A DNA stretch of 63,900 nt, filler included, from Nitrospinota bacterium (GCA_030620925.1; 11 parts of 11 records of this genome joined end to end with filler, not necessarily neighbours in it), one strand, 5' to 3'; shown: positions 50,405 to 60,908, counted from the first letter of the whole stretch. The notes: a model not told the origin generated them from the letters alone. Made by a program: numbers and translations.

Positions 50405-51622
50405 TTAATTTTCCGGAATCAGATAGGCTATCGTCCTGTTCTTGTGTATAAAATACTTGCTCGCCACCCTCATAATATCCTCTTTAGTTACCGCATTTAA
50501 CCGATCCACATACTCCTCCAAAAGCTTATAATCCCAGAGAAGGTTGAATCGTCCCAAAAGCATCCCCTGCCCCCTTACCGACTGTTGCCTGGAGACGAAA
50601 GCGCTCAGGGCGCCGTTAACCGCCTTTTTAAGCTCTTTATCCAGCACCGGCTCGTTTTTAAGGCGCTCTATTTCCTCTAATATGGCCTTTTCCGCCTCAA
50701 CAGGCTCGTGTCCCTTCTGCATGACGGCATAAAAAGTAAACAGCCCGGGGTCCAACGAGGAATCAGTATCCGCTCCTATTGAGCTTACAATCTGCATTTC
50801 GTAGACCATTTTCCTGTACAGCCTGGAGCTTTCCCCTGCGCTCAATATGCTGGATATTACGTCTAATGCGAAAGTGTCTTCATGCTTGAACCGGGGCACA
50901 TGGTAGGCGATAGCCATGAGAGGGATTTTGACTTCTTTATATACCGTTAACCTCTTCTCGCCCCGCTGTTCAGGCTCCTGGGGGATCAATAGCGGCGGGT
51001 CCGGGCCGCGCGGAATCGACCCGAAGTATTTTTTTGCCAGGGAGACAGCCCTTCCCTTTTCCACATCGCCGGCGATTATCAGTGTAGCGTTATTGGGAAC
51101 GTAATAAGTCTTCCAATACTCAACGGCCTTATTCCGATCCAGTTGTTCAAGGTCGCTCATCCATCCTATGACGGGCCAACGGTAAGGGTGAACCTTGAAG
51201 GCGACGGCCCTGAACTCCTCGTATAAGTTGGAAAATGGAGAGTTCTCCCTGAGCCTGCGCTCTTCCATGACCACCGACCGCTCGGAAATGTATTCATCGG
51301 GCAGGAAGAGTGAGTTGACCATACGATCCGCCTCAAGCTCCAATATCAATTCCAGTTGTGACGAAGGCAGGATCGAATGATAAACAGTAATATCCATGGA
51401 AGTGAAAGCGTTCTCCGTGCCTCCGTGCATCTGGACGATGCGCGAATAGTCTTCAGACCCAACCTTTTCCGTGCCTTTAAAAATCATGTGTTCGACCAGA
51501 TGAGAAATCCCGGTATAGCCCGGCTTTTCGTTTCTGGACCCCACTTTTACCCATACCTGCACTGAAACCACCGGGCTGGCATGATCTTCCAGAACCAGGA
51601 CTTTCAACCCGTTCTCCAGATA
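50405..51622 (-). CDS. M16 family Zn peptidase, catalytic subunit (5' truncated)
   Basis: VGSRNE, HLVEH, NAFT, EERR, HPY..P.IG. Confidence 0.92.
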   Translation of the reverse strand, partial: YLENGLKVLVLEDHASPVVSVQVWVKVGSRNEKPGYTGISHLVEHMIFKGTEKVGSEDYSRIVQMHGGTENAFTSMDITVYHSILPSSQLELILELEADRMVNSLFLPDEYISERSVVMEERRLRENSPFSNLYEEFRAVAFKVHPYRWPVIGWMSDLEQLDRNKAVEYWKTYYVPNNATLIIAGDVEKGRAVSLAKKYFGSIPRGPDPPLLIPQEPEQRGEKRLTVYKEVKIPLMAIAYHVPRFKHEDTFALDVISSILSAGESSRLYRKMVYEMQIVSSIGADTDSSLDPGLFTFYAVMQKGHEPVEAEKAILEEIERLKNEPVLDKELKKAVNGALSAFVSRQQSVRGQGMLLGRFNLLWDYKLLEEYVDRLNAVTKEDIMRVASKYFIHKNRTIAYLIPEN

Positions 51623-51727
51623 ANNNNNNNNNNNNNNNNNNNNNNNNNNNNNNNNNNNNNNNNNNNNTTAATTAATTAANNNNNNNNNNNNNNNNNNNNN
51701 NNNNNNNNNNNNNNNNNNNNNNNAAGT

Positions 51728-51860
51728 GCAGGCGAGATTCTTCACTCCGTCCCGCTATGCGGGACTACGTTCAGAATGACACGATGCGGCTCCGTAGGGG
51801 CGGTCCCGCGCGTGGCGGGATGTAACCCGCCCTTTTGGGGCGTATTGTCATACGCCCCTG
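51728..51860. repeat. REP-like cluster
   Basis: Copy of the 4408-4464 element, then GTAGGGGCGG-TCCCGCGCGTGGCGGGA-TGTAACCCGCCC and GGGGCGTAT..ATACGCCCC. Confidence 0.8.
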
Positions 51861-51893
51861 GGGGTCTGTAATGATTATTGTGTCGACGGTGTT

Positions 51894-53036
51894 TTATGGC
51901 ATGAGGAGGGCCTTGGCGATTACGCCTCGCTGGATCTGGTTGGTGCCCTCGTAAATCTGCAGCAGCTTGGCGTCTCGCATCAGTTTTTCCACGGGGTATT
52001 CTTTCATGTACCCGTATCCGCCGAAAACCTGCACGGCATCTGTGGTGATGCGCATGGCAATATCGGATGCGAAAGCTTTGCTAATGGCCGATTCCTTGCT
52101 CTGTCGCATGCCCTGGTCGGCCATCCACGCGGCCTGCCAGCAAAGGAGGCGGGCGGCTTCAACGTCTTTGGCCATGTCGGCCAGAAGGAACTGGATTGCC
52201 TGGTTCATGGCGATGGGCATGCCGAACTGGATTCTTTCCAGGGAATACTTCGTGGACTCCTCCAACGCTCTCCTGGCGACGCCTACCGCCAGTGCCCCCA
52301 CCGAGGGACGGGTGCGGTCCAGGGTCATCATGGCTATTTTGAACCCGTCACCTTCGTTCCATAGCAGGTTGGCCGCGGGCACCCTCACGTCCTCGAAGAT
52401 GACCTCCGAGGTGTCCGAGGCGCGCTGGCCCATCTTGTCTTCCCGCTTGCCCTTGCTTATGCCGGGCATTTCTCCATTGAGGATGAAGGTGCTTAAACCC
52501 TTGTGGCCCTTCTCCTTGTCAGTGGAGACGAAGACGGAGAACAGGTTGGCGACTCCACCGTTGGTTATGAAGCATTTCCGGCCGTTGATGATGTAGTCGT
52601 CGCCGTCCTTAACCGCCTTGTTCGTTATGCCCGACGCGTCCGAACCGGCTTCCGGCTCCGTGAGGCAGAAGGCGGCCATCTGAAATTCGGAGCAGAGCGC
52701 GCCCAGGTGCTTTTTCTTCTGCTCCTCGGTTCCCGCTATTATGATGGGCATAATCGCCAGGTCGTTGGCGAAGAGGGCGGTGGCTATCCCCGCGCATCCG
52801 AAGCCGAACTCCTCGGCCAGTACGCAGCTTTCCAGGGTCGAAAGCCCGCCTCCTCCAAATTCTTCCGGCGCTTCGGCGTTGAGCAGCCCCAGGTCGAAGA
52901 CCTTGCGGGCGATATCCCAGGGGTAATCCTCCGTCCTGTCGTATTCCGCTGCGACAGGTATTATCTCCTTTTCGACGAATTGGCGCACCACGCGCTGCAG
53001 TTCCTTTTGTTCCTCTGTTAGGGCGAAATCAACCAA
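51894..53036 (-). CDS. Acyl-CoA dehydrogenase (butyryl-CoA dehydrogenase-like)
   Basis: CLTEPEAGSD, NGRKCFITNG, DKMG.R, QVFGGYGY, QIYEGTNQIQR. Confidence 0.95.
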   Translation of the reverse strand: MVDFALTEEQKELQRVVRQFVEKEIIPVAAEYDRTEDYPWDIARKVFDLGLLNAEAPEEFGGGGLSTLESCVLAEEFGFGCAGIATALFANDLAIMPIIIAGTEEQKKKHLGALCSEFQMAAFCLTEPEAGSDASGITNKAVKDGDDYIINGRKCFITNGGVANLFSVFVSTDKEKGHKGLSTFILNGEMPGISKGKREDKMGQRASDTSEVIFEDVRVPAANLLWNEGDGFKIAMMTLDRTRPSVGALAVGVARRALEESTKYSLERIQFGMPIAMNQAIQFLLADMAKDVEAARLLCWQAAWMADQGMRQSKESAISKAFASDIAMRITTDAVQVFGGYGYMKEYPVEKLMRDAKLLQIYEGTNQIQRGVIAKALLMP

Positions 53037-53215
53037 TCTCTTTCTCCTCTTGACAGGTATGTTGACCGGGAACGGTTGAATGGCAGGTATCCGTGTATAT
53101 AGATTATGTTACCTTTAAGTCAGTGATAACACAAGAAAAAAGGGCTGAAGCGATCGATCGTGCGGCGAATGAAATTGAAGTGTTTTTCAGTGGCTTCCCG
53201 GAGTCGATTCGGCGT

Positions 53216-53920
53216 TCATTTTGCTGCTTCACCGAGGGCGACGTCGTCTTTGATGATTATATGCCGACGCTCGAAATCTATGATACCGTCTTTCTTGAGT
53301 GAGTTCAAGGCGGCGGTGGTGGTCTCTCTGGTAGACCCTATAAGGTTTGCGATGTCCTGATGGGTTATCTTCACCTTTATTCTGCGGCCCAGCCGATGGT
53401 CCTCTCCGTGTTCGCCGCCCAGTCTCATCAGAAAGCGAGCAAGTCTGCTGGGCACATGGCAGAAGAGCAGTTCCTCAACCCTGGATTCTATTTCCAGGCG
53501 TCTGAGCCCCATGAGTTTGGTGATCTTTACGGATAGTTCCGGTTTATTCTCAATGAGGGTCTCGAAATTGTTTTTGGACATGGTGCAGATGGAGGTGTCG
53601 TCCAGTGCTTCGGCGAAGGTTTTTCTGGGACCTTCTTCCACCAGGGCCATCTCACCGAATACCTCGCCCGTCTCTAAGATGGCCAGGGTGATTTCCTTGC
53701 CGTCGTCGGAGAGTTTGGAAATCTTTACTCTGCCCTCCTTGATGAAATAGATTCTATCGGAGGGGTCTTTGGGCAAGTAGAAATAACTTCCCCTGGGCAC
53801 ACTCTCCATGTGAGTTATTTGGCCCAGGCCGTTCATTTCTGCTTCGCTGAATCCGGCGAAGATGTTCAATTTCTTCAGGTACCAGACCTTGGACTGAAGT
53901 TCCAGTCGTTCCTCATCCAT
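53216..53920 (-). CDS. Crp/Fnr family transcriptional regulator
   Basis: cNMP-binding domain (FGE...R) and HTH THQDIANLIGSTRETT. Confidence 0.93.
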   Translation of the reverse strand: MDEERLELQSKVWYLKKLNIFAGFSEAEMNGLGQITHMESVPRGSYFYLPKDPSDRIYFIKEGRVKISKLSDDGKEITLAILETGEVFGEMALVEEGPRKTFAEALDDTSICTMSKNNFETLIENKPELSVKITKLMGLRRLEIESRVEELLFCHVPSRLARFLMRLGGEHGEDHRLGRRIKVKITHQDIANLIGSTRETTTAALNSLKKDGIIDFERRHIIIKDDVALGEAAK

Positions 53921-54001
53921 TTCTGAACCCTACCCCTTTTAATCATGATTTAAAAGGAAAATTAATAGGGAAAACCTGATTTGTCAACTCCCGGGCAATT
54001 T

Positions 54002-54988
54002 TTATAGGCCTTTTATCTTGTGCCCGGCGTAACATGCGGCTCCTATGGCTCCTGCCGAGCTCCCCAGCATGGCGGGGACAATAGATACACCTTGTGTGAA
54101 GGCCTTAAGCGCCCTGCGCAGAGCCTCCTCTTTCGCAGGCTCGAGGATGAAGTGGCCCGCTTTCATGAGCCCGCCTCCCACCACTACGGTGCGGGGGGCG
54201 AAGATATTTATCATGTTGGCTATTCCCACTCCCAGGCTGCGGCCGGCTTTCTCCAGAATTTGCACTGCATCGGCATCGCCTTTAAGAGCGGCCTTGTGCA
54301 CCGTCTCCGCGTCTACCTTGTCCGCAGACCCGCCCGCAAGTTCCGAGATGATCTTTCCCCGCCCCTCTTTTACGGCGTCTACCGCCATCCTGGCTACGGC
54401 GGCGGCGGAAGCCATGGCTTCAAGGCAGCCTCGGTTTCCACAGGCGCATATTGCACCTCCCTTGTCAATGGTGATATGCCCCGGTTCAGCGCCGGCTCCC
54501 AGGACCCCGCTGAAAATCTCCCCGTCGATGATTATTCCTCCCCCGATGCCTGTTCCCAGCGTGAGGCAGATTACGCTGTCGCTTCCCTGCCCTGCGCCGA
54601 GTCTGTGCTCCCCGAAAGCGGCAAGGTTAGCGTCGTTCTCAAGAAAGACTGGTATCTCTAATCCACGGGTTAATATTTCCGTTATGGGCGTTCCTTCCCA
54701 TCCGGGAAGGTTGGGGGCCTGCACCACAATACCTCTGGCGATATCCAGCGGGCCCGCGGTGCCGATTCCGAGAGCGCGCAGGTCTTGCTGTTTTATACCC
54801 CGGGAGGTCAGGAGGGATTTTTCGGCTTCCATCAACCTTTCCAGGGCCTGGTCGGGCCCTCTACGGGCATCGGTGTCAATCTTGCTCTGGGCCACCACTT
54901 CCCCCCTGTTGTCCAGAAGGACGAGCTTGATATCGGTGCCCCCTATGTCCACGCCTGCGGTAAGCTTACCTTTTTCGGTGTTATTCAT
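54002..54988 (-). CDS. glk: ROK family glucokinase
   Basis: GVDIGGT, PNL..W, ENDAN, TLGTGIGGG, E.GH, CACG..GCLE. Confidence 0.88.
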   Translation of the reverse strand: MNNTEKGKLTAGVDIGGTDIKLVLLDNRGEVVAQSKIDTDARRGPDQALERLMEAEKSLLTSRGIKQQDLRALGIGTAGPLDIARGIVVQAPNLPGWEGTPITEILTRGLEIPVFLENDANLAAFGEHRLGAGQGSDSVICLTLGTGIGGGIIIDGEIFSGVLGAGAEPGHITIDKGGAICACGNRGCLEAMASAAAVARMAVDAVKEGRGKIISELAGGSADKVDAETVHKAALKGDADAVQILEKAGRSLGVGIANMINIFAPRTVVVGGGLMKAGHFILEPAKEEALRRALKAFTQGVSIVPAMLGSSAGAIGAACYAGHKIKGL

Positions 54989-55099
54989 GTCGTTTCCCGA
55001 GGTGATGTTTGACTATGCCGCCAATATGAGATAAAAATTATTACCTGTGGTGAAGAAAGCCATCGTCCCTCAATCATACATAAACTTCGAGGTGAGCCT

Positions 55100-55432
55100 T
55101 TGAGAGAATATCGCAATCATGTTTTAATCTGCGGCGGCCCATCCAAGTGTGGGTCGGATTGCGGCGAACACGATGTGGAGACGCTGCGCTCTGAGTTGAT
55201 CTCTCTGCTGAAAGAGATGGGCCTCCGTGAGCGGGTCAAGGTCTCCACCACCAACTGCCTGGGCGCCAAGGAGCCGGGGCCCATTATGGTCATCTATCCT
55301 GAAGGTATCTGGTACAAAGAGGTTACCTCAGGATGGCTGAAACAGATAGCGGAAAAGCACCTCGCCGGGGGAGAGGTAGTAGAGCCTCTCCTCATTCACG
55401 AAATGGCCCCTTCCCGGCGGCGGTCTGAATGA
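55100..55432 (+). CDS. Thioredoxin-like (2Fe-2S) ferredoxin domain protein
   Basis: HVLIC, TNCLG...GP.MVIYPEGIWY, HL.GG.VV. Confidence 0.8.
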   Translation: MREYRNHVLICGGPSKCGSDCGEHDVETLRSELISLLKEMGLRERVKVSTTNCLGAKEPGPIMVIYPEGIWYKEVTSGWLKQIAEKHLAGGEVVEPLLIHEMAPSRRRSE

Positions 55433-55507
55433 GGGGAATCGGTGCAGGATTAAGCGGCACCTTAAGATTCCCCTCTATCACTTATCCCCCCGCAAGAGAC
55501 ATTTTAT

Positions 55508-55897
55508 CTATTGCGCAGGCTGTTGCAGCGCCTCTTCAATAGTCACCTTTACTACGTACGTTGGCGGGGGGAGCTTGGCGGTCGCCGGGTTGCTTTTGAG
55601 CCCCTCCACCATCATGTCATAGATATCCCCCGATGAGAGGAGTTCCGCATTGCCCTTGAACTGGTATCCTTTCATCCCTTTGGCGTTAACCACATCGATG
55701 GCTACCTGTGGGTTCTGCTCCAGGTTGGCTCTGGTGTTGGGGGATAGGATGTCGGCAAAAATAAGGGTATCATCGTCCAGTATCCTCACGGAGCCTTTGG
55801 GGGATACGTTGGGTTTGCCGTTCTTGTCCGCTGTAGCGACGTAGGCGGGCATAAAATCTTTGATCAGCTCCTTCATGTCTTCAGTAAGTTTACCCAT
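55508..55897 (-). CDS. Pyridoxamine 5'-phosphate oxidase-like FMN-binding protein
   Basis: VATAD..GKPNVSPKG, NL..NP.V, GYQFKG. Confidence 0.88.
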   Translation of the reverse strand: MGKLTEDMKELIKDFMPAYVATADKNGKPNVSPKGSVRILDDDTLIFADILSPNTRANLEQNPQVAIDVVNAKGMKGYQFKGNAELLSSGDIYDMMVEGLKSNPATAKLPPPTYVVKVTIEEALQQPAQ

Positions 55898-56410
55898 GGC
55901 TCGCTCCCTTTGAAATTGACACATTATCTGCTTCCTGGCGTAGGGCCGATTATCAGGCCACCCGCGTGAAATCTGTTCAGAATATATGCGAGAAATGAGA
56001 AATTTGTCAAGAGTATAAGGATATCTTCCGATTAGTATATAAAGACGTTTAAACTGTATTGAGACCCGATGATAAATTTAACTGCTTAACTAATTCAAAT
56101 GCTTATGACCTCAAAAGGTCTTTGAGACATTTTAAATTGAAATTTTCGGAGCGGAATTACGTCAAACTATATGGAGGGCTTTTATGGAGCATTATGGTAT
56201 AATTAGGAAGAATTGAAGAATATTTGGGCTAAAAGCTACGTATATGCTGTTTGGTTGGTTTGAAGAAGAGGCGGGAGGGTAATATATTTAAAAACAATGG
56301 GGACGAGAAGAGTCCTTGATTTTGAAATGGGCAGAAAAAAAATAAAAAAAAGGGCAATTCTAAACGGAATTTGTCTGAAGCTGCCTTGTACGCTGAGGAG
56401 GTGAGTGGTA

Positions 56411-58312
56411 GTGAGTATTTTCAAAAGAATAGAGGAACATCAAGATAAGCTGGACACTACTCCCTGGGAAGGAACATTCAAGGAATACCTTTCCGTGGTT
56501 ATAGAACAACCCAACCTGGCGTGGCTTGCCCATCAGCGGATTTATAATATGGTGAGATCATACGGGGTGGAAACGGATGAAGATGGCAAGGAGTACTTCG
56601 AGTTTTATAAGAAAGAACTGTTCGGCGTGGATGATTCCATTACCAGTGTTATGGAATATCTTAAGGGAGCCAGCCTGGGCTCAGACGTAGGTAAGCGTAT
56701 ACTGATGCTCTACGGCCCCCCTTCATCCGGGAAAAGCCAGTTGGTCATACTGTTAAAGAGAGGCATAGAGGAATTCACACGCACCGAGGAAGGAGCCGTT
56801 TACGCCATCGCCGACTGCCCGCAGCACGAGAACCCGCTGCACCTCATTCCCTTTTCGCTGCGCAAGGATTTCCTGGACGAGCATGGGGTAAAAATAGAAG
56901 GAGAGCTTTGCCCCATCTGTTCCCTTAACCTGAAGGAAAAATACGAGAACGATATCTACCGGGTGCCAGTAAAAAGAATTTTCTTCTCAGAAAAGGAGAG
57001 AGTGGGCATAGGTACCTTTGTGCCCTCCGACCCTAAATCCCAGGATATTTCCGAGCTGGTGGGAAGCATCGACCTCTCTACCGTGGGCGAATACGGCTCT
57101 GAGTCCGACCCCAGGGCATATCGCTTTGATGGCGAGCTCAACGTGGCCAACAGGGGGATGATAGAGTTCATAGAAATGCTCAAGGCGGACGAGCGGTTTC
57201 TCTATATACTTCTCACCCTTTGCCAGGAGAAGAACATCAAGACCGGGCGGTTCCCGCTTATTTACGCCGACGAGATGGTCATCGCCCATACCAACGAGGC
57301 GGAGTTCAACGAGTTTATTGCGGACAAAAGGTCCGAGGCCCTTCGTGACAGGATGATCATCGTTCGTATGCGCTATAACCTTGGGGTTTCTGATGAGGTA
57401 AGGATTTATAAGAAACTCCTCAAGCAGGCGCAGGTGGAAGATGTGCATATCGCTCCGCATACCCTGGAGGTCGCTTCCATGTTCGCCATCCTCTCCAGGC
57501 TGGAGGAGCCAAAGATGGCGGGCCTCACCCTGGTGAAGAAGATGAAGCTTTATAACGGCGAGGAGGTGGAAGGTTTTCGCCAGAAGGACCTCAAACAGAT
57601 AAAGGAACAGACCGAGCGGGAGGGGATGGACGGTGTATCGCCTCGTTTCATCATCAACAGGATGACCTCCACCCTTACCAGGGCGGAGGTGAGCTGCGTT
57701 ACCCCTATCGACGCCCTGCGCACGATAAAGGACGGCTTCGAGAGCCACGCCCAGTTAAAGAAGGAGAGCCAGGAAAACTTCAATAACCTCATCGCCGAAG
57801 TCAGGAAGGAATACGACGAAATCGCCAAAGTGGATGTGCAGAAAGCCTTCTTCATCTCTTTCGAAGATGAGGCGATGACTTTGTTGAACAACTACCTGGA
57901 CAACATCGAAGCCTACCTCGACGACCGCAAGCTGCCTGATCCCATAACCGGCGAGGAAGTGGAACCTGAAGAGAGGCTCATGCGGTCTATTGAGGAGAAG
58001 GTCAAGGTTCCCGAGAGCGGCAAGGACGCTTTCCGCAACGAGGTGCTGCGCAAAGTCGCCGTGGCCCAACGAAAGGGGGAATGCTTCGATTACACCACCC
58101 ATGAAAAGCTGAAAGAGGCCATAGAAAAGCAGCTTTTCGATGAGCGAAGAGATACCATAAAGCTCACCGTTTCCTCAAGGAACCCCGATCCCGAGCAGCT
58201 ACGCAAGGTGAACGAGGTCGTCAATACCCTGGTAGAGCGGGAGGGTTACTGCACCCACTGCGCCAATGAGCTTCTCAAATACGTGAGCAGCCTTATGGCC
58301 AGGGAGAAATAG
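56411..58312 (+). CDS. prkA: PrkA/YeaG AAA+ serine protein kinase
   Basis: GPPSSGKS, DPKSQDI, ESDPRAYRFDGELNVANRG, HTNE. Confidence 0.95.
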   Translation: MSIFKRIEEHQDKLDTTPWEGTFKEYLSVVIEQPNLAWLAHQRIYNMVRSYGVETDEDGKEYFEFYKKELFGVDDSITSVMEYLKGASLGSDVGKRILMLYGPPSSGKSQLVILLKRGIEEFTRTEEGAVYAIADCPQHENPLHLIPFSLRKDFLDEHGVKIEGELCPICSLNLKEKYENDIYRVPVKRIFFSEKERVGIGTFVPSDPKSQDISELVGSIDLSTVGEYGSESDPRAYRFDGELNVANRGMIEFIEMLKADERFLYILLTLCQEKNIKTGRFPLIYADEMVIAHTNEAEFNEFIADKRSEALRDRMIIVRMRYNLGVSDEVRIYKKLLKQAQVEDVHIAPHTLEVASMFAILSRLEEPKMAGLTLVKKMKLYNGEEVEGFRQKDLKQIKEQTEREGMDGVSPRFIINRMTSTLTRAEVSCVTPIDALRTIKDGFESHAQLKKESQENFNNLIAEVRKEYDEIAKVDVQKAFFISFEDEAMTLLNNYLDNIEAYLDDRKLPDPITGEEVEPEERLMRSIEEKVKVPESGKDAFRNEVLRKVAVAQRKGECFDYTTHEKLKEAIEKQLFDERRDTIKLTVSSRNPDPEQLRKVNEVVNTLVEREGYCTHCANELLKYVSSLMAREK

Positions 58313-59481
58313 TGAAGATAGCAATGATGGAACAGGCCTTTCCATGGGATTTGAGGAGGAGGGGCCTGAAAGACAGCATACGGCACGACCACCGGGTCCG
58401 TGAAGCGGTAAAGAAAAACCTGAAAGAGCTCGTCGGGCGGGAGGAGATCATCACCTCCGACGGGAAGAAAAAAGTGAAGATACCGCTTCAATACCTGGAT
58501 CAGTACCGGTTTAAGTACGGTCGGCCGGGGGAAGGCGTGGGCCAGGGTGAGGGCGAGCCCGGCGACGTCATCGGCAAGGAAGGCCAGGAGCAGTTTTCAG
58601 GCGAGGGGCAGGCCGGAGATATGCCCGGCGAGAACGTCTATGAAGCGGAGTTCACCCTGGAAGAGATCACCAAGATGATGCTGGAAGATCTGGACCTCCC
58701 CTGGCTTGAAGAGAAAGACGAAAAACAGCAGAAGACCTCAAGCTATTCCTACGACGAGGTACGCACCAAGGGCATATTGCCCAACCTGGATAAACGCAGG
58801 ACCCTCTATCAGAGCTTGAAGCGCAGCGCGGCGAAAGGGCGCGGAAAAATAGTTAGAATTGTGGATGATGACCTCCGCTACAAAGTATGGAGGGAGAGGG
58901 AGCAGTACCAGTCTAGCGCCGCGGTATACCTGCTCATGGACCGCAGCGGCTCTATGACCACCGACAAAAAGTACATCGCCAAGAGCTTCTTCTTCTGGCT
59001 TGTGCGTTTTCTCAACCTCAAATATCAGAATGTGGACCTGGTGTTCATCGCGCATGACACCGAAGCCCAGGTGGTGGAAGAGAAGGATTTCTTCACCATT
59101 AGCAACAGCGGGGGCACCAAGTGTTCTTCGGCTTACGGGTTGGCTCTGGAGCACATAGTCTCCACCCATCCAAGGGATAAGTGGAATAACTACGTCTTCC
59201 ACTTCTCAGATGGCGATAACTGGGCCGAAGACAACCAGTACTGCAAGGAGGCCGTGCAAGAGCTGCTCCAGCATACCTCCATGCTGGGCTACGGCGAGAT
59301 CAAGTATCGGGATGAGGCCACCTTCTACGGCTGGGGCCGCCCCTTTGATACCTCCTGGAGCACCCTGCACCAGGAGTTTAATAACATAGAACATCCACAT
59401 TTCATCACGGTGACCATCAAGCAAAAAGAAGACGTGTACGAGGCGTTAAAGGAGTTCCTGAGCAGGAAGGAAGAACAGTGA
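58312..59481 (+). CDS. yeaH: YeaH/YhbH (DUF444) vWA protein
   Basis: Gly-rich linker, MDRSGSM MIDAS, SGGT..SSA, FHFSDGDNW. Confidence 0.93.
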   Translation: MKIAMMEQAFPWDLRRRGLKDSIRHDHRVREAVKKNLKELVGREEIITSDGKKKVKIPLQYLDQYRFKYGRPGEGVGQGEGEPGDVIGKEGQEQFSGEGQAGDMPGENVYEAEFTLEEITKMMLEDLDLPWLEEKDEKQQKTSSYSYDEVRTKGILPNLDKRRTLYQSLKRSAAKGRGKIVRIVDDDLRYKVWREREQYQSSAAVYLLMDRSGSMTTDKKYIAKSFFFWLVRFLNLKYQNVDLVFIAHDTEAQVVEEKDFFTISNSGGTKCSSAYGLALEHIVSTHPRDKWNNYVFHFSDGDNWAEDNQYCKEAVQELLQHTSMLGYGEIKYRDEATFYGWGRPFDTSWSTLHQEFNNIEHPHFITVTIKQKEDVYEALKEFLSRKEEQ

Positions 59482-60908
59482 GCCTGGAGAGGTTCGAAGA
59501 GATAAAAAAGGTTGCCGTGGAGCTGGGGCTGGACTTTTTCGATATCTATTTCGATACCGTTCCTCTGGACATCATGGCCGAGATAGCCGCTTACGGGCTC
59601 CCCACCCGACCCCAGCACTGGTCCTACGGGAAAGTCTACAACCGTTATCGGGTACACGGCCGCATGGGGCTCTCCAAAATCTACGAGATAGTTTTGAATA
59701 ATGACCCCTGCTACGCCTTCCTTCTGGATACCAATATTGAGATAGAGAACCTCCTGGTTGCCGCCCACGTTTATGCCCATTGCGATTTTTTCAAGCACAA
59801 CGTGGTGTTCAAAGATACCGACAGGAACATGGTCAACGAAGCCGTGCAGCACGCCATCCGGGTGGACGAGTATATAGAAAAATACGGGCTGGAGCGGGTG
59901 GAGAAGGTTATGGATATAGCATTCTCCGTGGATAAACATATAGACTTTCACAAGAAGCTCTACCGCAGGAAGTACCCCCCCCGTCAGGTAGTTGAGAAAG
60001 AGGTCAAGACTGACGAGTATGCCGACCTCTTCGGCGAGGAATCGTTATCGGTGGTGGAGGAGGTGGTCGGGGATAAGCTGCCCCCCCATGCGGAGAAGGA
60101 CTTACTCTGGTTCATGGCCAACTACGCCCCCATAGAGCCCTGGGAAAAAGATATTCTGGATATGGTGCGCGAGGAGAGCTTCTATTTCCTGCCTCAGTTC
60201 GAGACTAAAATACTCAACGAGGGTTGGGCCAGCTACTGGCATGCCGAGATACTGAACAGGTATGCGAGCCTCACTCCGGCGGAGACCATCGACTTCGCTT
60301 CGCTGCACGCCTCAGTGGTGCATCCGGGAGGCATGGGGTCCATCAACCCTTATTATCTGGGTTATAAACTACTGATAGATATTGAGAAGCGTTGGGATGA
60401 GATGTACCGCAATGGAGAGTCGGCAATTGACGGCCGGACCAAGCTTTTTAAAGTGCGCGAGGAGGAGAACGACTTTTCATTCATCTCCAATTACCTCACT
60501 GTGGAACTGGCCGAGGAGCTTCAACTGTTTACCTACGGCTACTCCTGCTCACATTCCCAGGGGGGTAAAGGCAAGTGCAGCCGGTGCGGTGAACTGGAGA
60601 TAAAGAGTCGCGACCTGGACCAGGTGGTCCAGAGCCTCATCGCCTCTAAATCCAACTACGGAGTTCCCAGGGTGACCATCACCGAGGTTAAGAACGGCGA
60701 GCTTTACATGCAGCAGGACCCCATGGAGCTCGGCGGTCTGGACAAGAAATATGCGGATAAGACCATCGAATATATCTACAAGCTCTGGAAACAGCCGGTC
60801 CATATCAAGACCGTCGACGAGAATGGAAACGAGGTGCAGCTCACCTGCTGCGACAACGGCCAGATGGTCTCCAAGAACAACAACGAGCAAAACGAAGGCA
60901 CCGAATAG
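59478..60908 (+). CDS. spoVR: SpoVR/YcgB family protein
   Basis: HWSYGK, IYEIVLN, AHV.AHCDFFK.N, TKILNEGWASYWH, NPY.LG. Confidence 0.94.
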   Translation: MSLERFEEIKKVAVELGLDFFDIYFDTVPLDIMAEIAAYGLPTRPQHWSYGKVYNRYRVHGRMGLSKIYEIVLNNDPCYAFLLDTNIEIENLLVAAHVYAHCDFFKHNVVFKDTDRNMVNEAVQHAIRVDEYIEKYGLERVEKVMDIAFSVDKHIDFHKKLYRRKYPPRQVVEKEVKTDEYADLFGEESLSVVEEVVGDKLPPHAEKDLLWFMANYAPIEPWEKDILDMVREESFYFLPQFETKILNEGWASYWHAEILNRYASLTPAETIDFASLHASVVHPGGMGSINPYYLGYKLLIDIEKRWDEMYRNGESAIDGRTKLFKVREEENDFSFISNYLTVELAEELQLFTYGYSCSHSQGGKGKCSRCGELEIKSRDLDQVVQSLIASKSNYGVPRVTITEVKNGELYMQQDPMELGGLDKKYADKTIEYIYKLWKQPVHIKTVDENGNEVQLTCCDNGQMVSKNNNEQNEGTE

